Source of the DNA: an uncultured Solirubrobacterales bacterium | GTDB taxonomy: Bacteria > Actinomycetota > Thermoleophilia > Solirubrobacterales > 70-9 | Length of the DNA stretch: 64,000 bases | NCBI GenBank assembly: GCA_963759295.1 | Contig: CAVWYT010000012.1 | Span: 3,604 to 67,603, forward strand | Direction of reading: 5' to 3' | Part shown: positions 57,750 through 64,000 of the stretch, in pieces | Position numbering within the stretch: the first letter of the stretch is position 1 | Layout of the letters: every line of letters starts with the position of its first letter | The notes under the pieces: model-generated | The model's input: only the letters and a program-made list of their open reading frames with translations | Database searches by the model: none | Told to the model about the DNA's origin: nothing | Made by a program: the position numbers and the translations under genes

Positions 57750-58253
57750 ATGCAAGGATCTGAGAGCATGGCTGCGGAGAACGGGCGCCCCTTCGAGTCG
57801 GTCTGGGACTACCCGCGCCCGCCGCGGATCGAGCCGCTGAACCGGCGGGTGCGTATCGAGCTCGGGGGCGAGGTGATCGCGGAGTCCGACCGCGCGGTGC
57901 GCGTTCTGGAGACGGCCGGCGCGCCGACCGTCTATCTGCCGCGCGAGGACGTGCGGACCGACAGGCTGCGTCCGGCGAAGGGAACGACCGAATGCGAGTG
58001 GAAGGGCACCGCGTCCTACTTCGACGCGATCGTCGGGCAGAAGGTCCGCCCGCGCGCGGCCTGGAGCTATCCGAAGCCGAAGCCGGCCTTCGAGGCGCTG
58101 CGCGACTGGATCGCCTTCTATGCGGGCCGGGTGGACGCCGCCTATCTCGACGACGAGCGCGTCGAGCCGCAGCCCGGCGGCTTCTACGGCGGCTGGGTCA
58201 CCGCCGAGATCCAGGGCCCGATCAAGGGCGAGCCGGGCAGCGAGGCCTGGTAG
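57750..58253 (+). CDS. DUF427-domain protein
   Basis: The 167-aa product reads ESVWDYPRPPRIEPLNRRVRIELGGEVIAESDRAVRVLETAGAPTVYLPREDV...CEWKGTASYFD...AWSYP.P...L...IAFY. The ATG abuts the antitoxin TGA (TGAATG). Confidence 0.8.
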   Translation: MQGSESMAAENGRPFESVWDYPRPPRIEPLNRRVRIELGGEVIAESDRAVRVLETAGAPTVYLPREDVRTDRLRPAKGTTECEWKGTASYFDAIVGQKVRPRAAWSYPKPKPAFEALRDWIAFYAGRVDAAYLDDERVEPQPGGFYGGWVTAEIQGPIKGEPGSEAW

Positions 58254-58472
58254 GCGCGCCGACCAGTCTGAGCTGCGCCCCCTATTTCGAGACTCGACCG
58301 GAGACCCGGGCCGGAGCGCGCCGACGACGGAGTTCGCCACCCGGTCTCCGCCACGAATCGAGCAACAGTCGTATGTAGACCACGGCGGCGCCGAGGCCAA
58401 GCGCGCCGGGCAGAAGGGCCTCCTCGAACGGAATGCCGAGCAGGTGGGCGACTGGCGGCTCGACGGGCACCA

Positions 58473-59876
58473 CTAGTCGACGAAGCAATACGAGTCGCTC
58501 GACGCGTCCCCGGCCTGGAGGCGGGTCTGGTGCACCCGCAGGCCGCGGAAGTCGTCGCCGTGCGGGAAGAAGCGCTGGTCGAGGCTCATGCCGCCGGACT
58601 CGATGTCGGCATCGAAGCGGGCCATCCAGGCGCCCACGCCGTCCGGATAGAAGATCTCATCCCAGGACGCGTAGAGCGAATTGGTCGCGTACACCCGCCG
58701 CCCGTCGCGGCTGACCTCGATCATCTGAGGCGCGCCCCGCAGCTCCAGCTCGGGGGCCGCCGGATGGCGCGTGCGGCCGACGATGCCACCCAGGCGCACC
58801 GATCCCGTCTCCTTGGGGTTATGCGGGTCGCTGACGTCGTACTGCTTCAGCTCTCCGGTCCCCCAGCACGACACGTAGAGCCAGCGATCGTCGACCGACA
58901 GGTCGATGTCGGTGACCAGCGGTGGAACCGCGCCGAAGGGCTGCAGGGCGGGCGGCAGCTGGTCGGCCTCGGCCGGCTCGGCGGGGATCGTGATCGCCTT
59001 CTTCGCCGTCCAGCGGTCGTCGTCGCGATACCACAGCCACACGGACGCGGACAGGTCCTCGACGCTGATCACCACGCAGACGAAGCCCCAGGTCTTGCGG
59101 GGGTCGTGAGCGGGCCTCACCTCGAGCACCATCTGCTGCTCGTCGCCCAGGTCGACGCGCTGGATCAGCTTCCCCTCGGAAAGGCTCCAGAAGTCGAGAT
59201 GGTGCCCGAACCGCTTCCCGAGGAGGTCTTCGGGGTTGAGGCCGTCCTCGATCATCGCCGGCGTCGCCCACTCGGAGGTCACTGCCACGTCGTCGTTCAG
59301 GTGCCACCAGAGGTCGTAGGCGAAGTACTGCTCGCCACGGTCGGTCTCCCAGGCGCCGGTGACCTCGAAGGTATCGTGGTCGATCAGCGCCACCCCGCCC
59401 GGTCCGTCGTCGCCGTTGGCGGCGCCGAGGTTGGACATGAAGATGCCGCCCGGTCCACAGTGCACGGTGTGGGGTCGCGAGTAGCCGGCCTTGGCGGCGA
59501 GCTCCTCGGGCTCGATCGTGCGCACGACCCGCGGCTGCCGTGGGTCCGGCCCTGTGTCGAGCACGTGGGTGCGCGAGGATCGCAGGCCCGGCACGATCAG
59601 ATAGCGACGCTCGAGCGCGCCATCGTGACCCTCGTGGCAGAGCGCGCTGGAGCAGGCGTTCCAGCCGAAGTGATGCAGCTCGTTGCCCGCTGTCAGCTCC
59701 GTCCACCCGACCACCTGTCCGTAGCTGGACGATTCCGCGTCGCAATCGACCACCGTCATTGCGTCGCGTTGCTCGCGGGCCGGGTCGAACGCCGCGACGT
59801 AGGCGAGGCTTTCCGGCGGCGCCGCCATGGCGGCCTCCGGCGAGCGATAGAACGTGGGATCCGTGGTCTCGGGCAT
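58473..59876 (-). CDS. Selenium-binding protein (SBP56) family protein; methanethiol-oxidase homologue
   Basis: The 467-aa ORF is intact. It reads PTFYRSPEAAMAAPPE.LAYVAAFDP...NELHHFGWNACSSALCH...RRYLIVPGLRSSR..VLDT.PDPR.P...SRPHTVHCGP.GIFMS.LG...GPGG..L.D...F.V.G.WE. This is highly characteristic of SBP56. Confidence 0.9.
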   Translation of the reverse strand: MPETTDPTFYRSPEAAMAAPPESLAYVAAFDPAREQRDAMTVVDCDAESSSYGQVVGWTELTAGNELHHFGWNACSSALCHEGHDGALERRYLIVPGLRSSRTHVLDTGPDPRQPRVVRTIEPEELAAKAGYSRPHTVHCGPGGIFMSNLGAANGDDGPGGVALIDHDTFEVTGAWETDRGEQYFAYDLWWHLNDDVAVTSEWATPAMIEDGLNPEDLLGKRFGHHLDFWSLSEGKLIQRVDLGDEQQMVLEVRPAHDPRKTWGFVCVVISVEDLSASVWLWYRDDDRWTAKKAITIPAEPAEADQLPPALQPFGAVPPLVTDIDLSVDDRWLYVSCWGTGELKQYDVSDPHNPKETGSVRLGGIVGRTRHPAAPELELRGAPQMIEVSRDGRRVYATNSLYASWDEIFYPDGVGAWMARFDADIESGGMSLDQRFFPHGDDFRGLRVHQTRLQAGDASSDSYCFVD

Positions 59877-59963
59877 CGAAGCTCCCCTCGCCGCATTTGA
59901 GTGTGAGCTCCGACCGTATCCCAGGCGGGCGCCGATGGCAACCGACGCGGAATACGCGCATCC

Positions 59964-61136
59964 TCAGAGTCGCCTGTTGCGCGAGACGTCGTAGCGGCAG
60001 CCGGAGCCGCCGTCGACCTGGGCGAAGTAGCGGCCGGACCTCAGCGAGCGTCTGATCGTCCACCTGCCGCGGTCGTTCGTTTTCGTCGTCGCCACCAATC
60101 CGGTGATGAAACCTTCGTAGCGCTGAAGCCGGATCTTCCGGTCCGCGCCCTCGCACCCGGTGCTCGCCGAGGTCACCTTTCCCTTGGCGCCGCTGGTGCG
60201 CAGCGCCGTCAGCTTGATCCGGGACTTGACGCGGCGCTCGCCGCGCTTGAGCCGCGGGCGGTTCTCGACCCGCTCGCAGGACGGGTCGAACTTGTCGTCC
60301 GGGAGGTCGTGAGCGCCGCCGTCGCAGACGTCTCCGCCGCTGCCGCCGTCGAGGAAGTCGAAGCCCTTGCCGGCGTTGAGGCGGTCGTCGCCGCCCTCGC
60401 CGAAGAGCCGGTCGTCGTTGCCCGCCCCGAGGATCAGGTCGTCGCCGAGGCTGCCGAAGACCCTGTCCCTGCCCTCGCCACCGATCAGCGTGTCGGCGAG
60501 GTCGGAGCCGATGATCGTGTCGTTGTTGCCCTCGCCGTCCATCACCCTCGGCGCGATCTCGGGCGTCCGGGTGAACAACAGGTCGGAGTGGTTGTGCCCG
60601 TAGAGCAGGTCGGCGCCTCCGGCCTGGAGCACGTCGTCGTGATGGCCACCGTTGAGGATGTCGATCCCGTCCTCGGTGTAGGCGCCATCCTCCATCCCCC
60701 AGCCGAGGATCCGGTCGTCGCCGGCGCTGCCGAGCACCTTGTCGTCGCCGGCGCCGGGGAAGACGGTGTCGTTCTCCTCCTCGCCGTAGATGATGTCGTC
60801 GCCGGGGCCGCCGTAGAGCTTGTCGGCGCTGCGCCCGCCGCAGAGGACGTCGTCGCCCTGGCCGCCCTCGACGACGTCGTTGTCGCGCCCACCGTTGAGC
60901 AGGTCAGCGCCGTGACGACCGTAGAGGTGGTCCTTGCCGCGCAGGCCGCTGACGCTGTCGCCGTGGTTGGCCCCGATCCAGTTGTTGCGATCGTCGTCGA
61001 GCTTCTTCTGGACCTTGACGCAGATCGGCGCCTCCTGGGCCCCCGCGGGCGATGCCACCAACGCGCCCGCCGCGAGCAGTCCCGCCACGAGGATCATCAA
61101 ACGGCGCAAGTCGCCCCCTTTCATTCCCGACGCCAC
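59964..61136 (-). CDS. Secreted hemolysin-type Ca-binding (beta-roll) repeat protein with a distinct C-terminal domain
   Basis: The signal peptide is LMILVAGLLAAGALVASPAGAQE. There are many GxxGxD nonamers, including GGRDNDVVEGGQGDDVLCGGRSADKLYGGPGDDIIYG and GGEGRDRVFGSLGDDLILGAGNDDRLFGEGGDDRL. The C-terminal ~100 aa is basic and beta-rich. Confidence 0.8.
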   Translation of the reverse strand: MASGMKGGDLRRLMILVAGLLAAGALVASPAGAQEAPICVKVQKKLDDDRNNWIGANHGDSVSGLRGKDHLYGRHGADLLNGGRDNDVVEGGQGDDVLCGGRSADKLYGGPGDDIIYGEEENDTVFPGAGDDKVLGSAGDDRILGWGMEDGAYTEDGIDILNGGHHDDVLQAGGADLLYGHNHSDLLFTRTPEIAPRVMDGEGNNDTIIGSDLADTLIGGEGRDRVFGSLGDDLILGAGNDDRLFGEGGDDRLNAGKGFDFLDGGSGGDVCDGGAHDLPDDKFDPSCERVENRPRLKRGERRVKSRIKLTALRTSGAKGKVTSASTGCEGADRKIRLQRYEGFITGLVATTKTNDRGRWTIRRSLRSGRYFAQVDGGSGCRYDVSRNRRL

Positions 61137-61280
61137 GCGCGAAACGCACGGCGTGTCTACTTCCCTTGCCGGACGGATGTCGCCGCGGGCGGCGCGCGCC
61201 GCGTCGGGTCCGCCGGGAATCGCGGCTCAGCAGACTACGAAAGCGCGTCCGTCCGCGCAGGCGCGGCCTATCCTCCTTCG

Positions 61281-62039
61281 GTGCTGCGGCTCGTCACGAT
61301 CCCGATCAGCCACTACTGCGAGAAGGCGCGCTGGGCCCTCGAGCGCGCCGGGATCCCATATCGCGAGGAGCGCCACGTTCAGGCCATCCACCGCATCGCG
61401 GCCCGGCGGGCGGGCGGCGGGACCACGGTCCCGGTTCTGGTGACACCGCAGGGCGCGCTCGGCGAGTCGGAGGAGATCCTCGTCTGGGTCGATGAGCGCA
61501 CGGCGCCCGAGCACCGGCTGTTTCCGGATCGGCCCCCGGAGCGCGCCGAGGTCGAGCGTTTGTGCCGGCGGTTCGACGACGGACTCGGGCCGACGGGTCG
61601 GCGGCTGATGTACATCCACATGCTTGCCCAGCGCAAGCTGATGCTGCGCTTCAACAACCAGGGCGTGCCGGCTTGGGAGGATCGTGCCCTCCGCCTCGCG
61701 TGGCCGCTCGCCGTGCACTGGGCGCGGCGCGAGCTTGCCATCCGCCGGGGGATCGAGGCCGACGACGAGGCCGCGGTCTGGCGCGAGCTGGACTTCGTCG
61801 CCGAGCTGCTCGCCGATGGCCGCAAGCACCTGTGCGGCGAGCGCTTCGGCGCCGCCGACCTCACCTTCGCGTCGCTCTCGGCCTCGGTCGTCGTGCCGCC
61901 GGTGTATGGCGTCTCGCTCCCCCAGCCCGACGTCCTGCCCGCCCACACGGCCGCGCTCGTCTCGCGCATGCGCGCGCACCCCGCCGGAGGCTACGCGCTC
62001 GCGCTCTTCGCCAAGCACCGCCGCGAAACGGTCGCCTGA
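61281..62039 (+). CDS. Glutathione S-transferase-like protein (thioredoxin-fold N-domain)
   Basis: A GTG start gives LRLVTIPISHYCEKARWALERAGIPYREE.......VPVLVTPQG.L.ES.EIL.W.D. The helical C-domain reads GERFGAADLTFASL. The long upstream part of track ORF 60309-62039 is antisense to the beta-roll gene and was rejected. Confidence 0.7.
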   Translation: MLRLVTIPISHYCEKARWALERAGIPYREERHVQAIHRIAARRAGGGTTVPVLVTPQGALGESEEILVWVDERTAPEHRLFPDRPPERAEVERLCRRFDDGLGPTGRRLMYIHMLAQRKLMLRFNNQGVPAWEDRALRLAWPLAVHWARRELAIRRGIEADDEAAVWRELDFVAELLADGRKHLCGERFGAADLTFASLSASVVVPPVYGVSLPQPDVLPAHTAALVSRMRAHPAGGYALALFAKHRRETVA

Positions 62040-62216
62040 CGCCAAACGTATGGCCGGCCGGCGCCTGGCGGCCGACGGCGGTCGCGGCCTCGGCGGCTGA
62101 TCGCCGAGCGCCGGTTCCGATCGCGGGAAGGACTGGGGGGTTGTGGGCGTCTTAGCCCTTAGACGCACTCGATCGCGATTCAGCGGTCGACAACCACAAT
62201 CCGGAGGTGCTTTCAA

Positions 62217-63266
62217 ATGCATACCGACTCACGGCCCACGCGGCCACTCCACCTGATTGCAACAGCAACGATCGCCCTCGCGCTCGCGGCGCTCGCGGCG
62301 CTCGCTGTTCCGACTCATTCGAGCGCGAGCTCCGACCAGGTCGACGGCCTGCGGGCCGCGATCAATCGCGGCACGCTCGAGGTCAGGGGCGGCGATCAGA
62401 ACGACGCGCTCGCGCTTCGTCTCAAGGCCGGCGACCCGAGCACGATCCAGGTCGACGCCGGCGACGACGGCTCGGCCGACCTCTCGTTCGCGCGCGGCGA
62501 CGTCGAGGCGATCAGGGTCAAGACCGGCGACGGCAACGATTCCGCCCGCATCGACGATGCGAACGGCGCCTTCACCGACGCGATCCCGACCACGATCGCG
62601 GGCGGCGAAGGCAACGACTCGCTGCAGGGCGGCCAGGTTCAAATCGCAGCCGAGAATGAGAAGTTCATTGGCGGCGACGGCAACGATCTGGTCGACGGCG
62701 GCAAGGGCAACGACAGCGCCCGCCTCGGCGGGGGGAACGACACCTTCCGTTGGGACAATGGCGAGGGCAGCGACGTGATCGAGGGCCAGGACGGCACCGA
62801 CACGATGGTGTTCAACGGCGCGGCGGGGCCCGAGACTGTGACGATCTCGGCGAACGAAGGACGGCTGACGTTCTTCCGCGCGCAGGGCAACGTCACGATG
62901 GACACCGACGGAGTCGAGATCGTCGATGACAACGCGCTCGGTGGGGCCGACAGCATCACCGTCAACGACCTCACGGGCACCGACGTCACCCAGACCAACC
63001 TCGACCTGGCCGGGACGCTCGGCGGCAGCGCCGGCGACGGGGCCATCGACAGCGTGGTCGTCAACGCCACGAATGGCGACGACGACATCAACATCGACGG
63101 CAACGGGTCCGGTGCGGATGTGACCGGGCTGGCCACGGCCGTGTCGGTCAAGCACGCGGAGTCAACCGACGGACTCTCGGTCAACACCCTCGCGGGCACG
63201 GACAACGTGGTCGCGAACGGTGTCGCCGGAGTGCTGCAGGTTCTGGTCGACGGCGCGTCCGTCTAA
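62217..63266 (+). CDS. Secreted Ca-binding beta-roll-like repeat protein
   Basis: The signal peptide is LIATATIALALAALAALAVPTHSSA. The repeats are Gly/Asp/Asn-rich: GGDQNDAL, GDGNDSARIDD, GGEGNDSLQGG, GGDGNDLVDGGKGNDSARLGGGNDTF and GEGSDVIEGQDGTDTMVF. Confidence 0.75.
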   Translation: MHTDSRPTRPLHLIATATIALALAALAALAVPTHSSASSDQVDGLRAAINRGTLEVRGGDQNDALALRLKAGDPSTIQVDAGDDGSADLSFARGDVEAIRVKTGDGNDSARIDDANGAFTDAIPTTIAGGEGNDSLQGGQVQIAAENEKFIGGDGNDLVDGGKGNDSARLGGGNDTFRWDNGEGSDVIEGQDGTDTMVFNGAAGPETVTISANEGRLTFFRAQGNVTMDTDGVEIVDDNALGGADSITVNDLTGTDVTQTNLDLAGTLGGSAGDGAIDSVVVNATNGDDDINIDGNGSGADVTGLATAVSVKHAESTDGLSVNTLAGTDNVVANGVAGVLQVLVDGASV

Positions 63267-63447
63267 GACCGTCCGGAGCGGGCGGGCGCCGGCTCACTGA
63301 GCCGGGGCCCGTCCTCCGGGTCGGGCGATGGCGATTCCGAGAGGATTGAGATGTTCGACGTTCGCGCCGGCTTCTACGAGGCGAGCTCGGGCTGGCTCGA
63401 ACGGTGCTCGGCGCATTACGCTCGGCATCGTGACGGCCGGCGATCGG

Positions 63448-63942
63448 ATGCTCGATCCCAACACCCTGGGCGATCACATCGATCGCCTGTTTCGCGCTGC
63501 GTGGGCGCTGTCCGGTTCGCGCGCCGAGGCCGAGGACCTCGTGCAGGAGACGTTCGCCCGCGTGCTCGCCAAGCCGCGGAGGATCCGGAACGAAGATGAT
63601 CTCGGCTATCTGCTCCAGGTCCTGCGCAACACCTTCATCAGCTCGCGCCGCGCGGCCGCCCGGCGGCTGGCGCCCGAGGCGCTGGATGACAGGTTCGAGC
63701 CGGTCGACCCGAGGTCGGCCACCAGGCCCGAGCAGGCCGCCGAGGCGCGGGAGGTGTTCGCGGTGATCGCTCGCCTCTCGGAGCCGTTTCGCGACGCCCT
63801 CGTCGCGGTCGACGTGGCCGGCCTCAGCTACGCGGAGGCGGCCGACCTACTCGGTACCAAGGAGGCGACAATCACCTCGAGGCTGTTCCGGGCGCGGGCG
63901 CAGGTGGCCCGCGGGATGAGATCGTCCCCGCAGGGCGTCTGA
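63448..63942 (+). CDS. ECF-type RNA polymerase sigma-70 factor
   Basis: Region 2 reads LFRAAWALSGSRAEAEDLVQETFARVL. Region 4 reads LSEPFRDALVAVDVAGLSYAEAADLLGTKEATITSRLFRARAQV. The start is at the internal MLDPN. Confidence 0.85.
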   Translation: MLDPNTLGDHIDRLFRAAWALSGSRAEAEDLVQETFARVLAKPRRIRNEDDLGYLLQVLRNTFISSRRAAARRLAPEALDDRFEPVDPRSATRPEQAAEAREVFAVIARLSEPFRDALVAVDVAGLSYAEAADLLGTKEATITSRLFRARAQVARGMRSSPQGV

Positions 63943-63961
63943 ATGGGTAGAGGCTGAACCG

Positions 63962-64000
63962 ATGACCGACGAAAACGACACCCCGCTCACCGAAGAGGAA
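63962..64000 (+). CDS. 5' end of a gene downstream of the ECF sigma factor (possible anti-sigma factor; truncated by the window)
   Basis: An ATG at 63962 gives MTDENDTPLTEEE... 20 nt after the sigma stop. Position is the only evidence. Confidence 0.25.
   Translation, partial: MTDENDTPLTEEE

Noticed and set aside
58282-58488. A 68-aa minus-strand ORF overlaps the 3' end of the SBP56 gene (hydrophobic segment LLPGALGLGAAVVYIRLLL).
   Set aside because: GC3 is good for about 30 codons and then decays. The start overlaps the SBP56 stop region and no RBS is evident. It is possibly a real small membrane protein, but I cannot support it from sequence alone.

Overview
This is very GC-rich DNA of actinobacterial type. 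Third codon positions are almost uniformly G/C (judged by eye, not computed). The gene content suggests a soil actinobacterium, possibly Thermoleophilia/Rubrobacteria-like; that is inference only. The content includes form I CO dehydrogenase, SARP/STK/GGDEF regulators, secreted beta-roll proteins and an Rv3728-like MFS-cNMP-patatin fusion.

The window falls into three zones.

(1) 1-14.5 kb is either decayed or poorly sequenced.
- It holds two tyrosine recombinases. One is truncated, carries an in-frame TAG and abuts a tRNA-Ala.
- It holds two tRNA-Ala genes.
- Five genes are frameshifted, four of them more than once: a SARP regulator, a Ser/Thr kinase-NHL-SBP5 fusion, a GGDEF cyclase, an acidic conserved protein and a deacetylase.
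- Three gene fragments lie back to back: acyl-CoA dehydrogenase, YceI and a CoxL paralogue.
- Only a CDF transporter and a CmcI-type methyltransferase look intact.

(2) 14.5-25.4 kb is one tightly packed minus-strand operon. Its order is four small membrane proteins, coxM-coxS-coxL (AYRCSFR form I signature), XdhC::YHS, a MocA-like gene, coxD, coxE and a small Cys ORF. A second XdhC/CoxF gene is divergent from it.

(3) 25.4-64 kb is accessory-looking.
- MFS-cNMP-patatin fusion.
- A methyltransferase / FAD-oxidase / rhodanese group.
- Three secreted Ca-binding beta-roll proteins.
- A DUF3376-type patatin.
- DUF1326, DegV and SHOCT-tailed membrane proteins.
- An AfsR-like SARP/NB-ARC/TPR regulator.
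- An MFS-cNMP fusion.
- A FecR-like gene paired with a CHASE2 adenylate cyclase.
- An orphan Phd/YefM antitoxin.
- An SBP56/methanethiol-oxidase homologue.
- An ECF sigma factor.

The most unusual element is a translationally coupled seven-gene minus-strand operon at 28.9-33.8 kb.
- It encodes two paralogous proteins that share an unrecognised ~90-aa domain followed by long 11-residue (33-bp) Gly/Gln/Ala/Val/Glu repeats.
- Several of its proteins carry Ser/Arg/Lys-rich tails.
- The operon also encodes an SRPBCC protein and a CsbD-like protein.

No rRNA, CRISPR array, transposase or recognisable defence system was found. The long antisense ORFs in the track look like GC artefacts.
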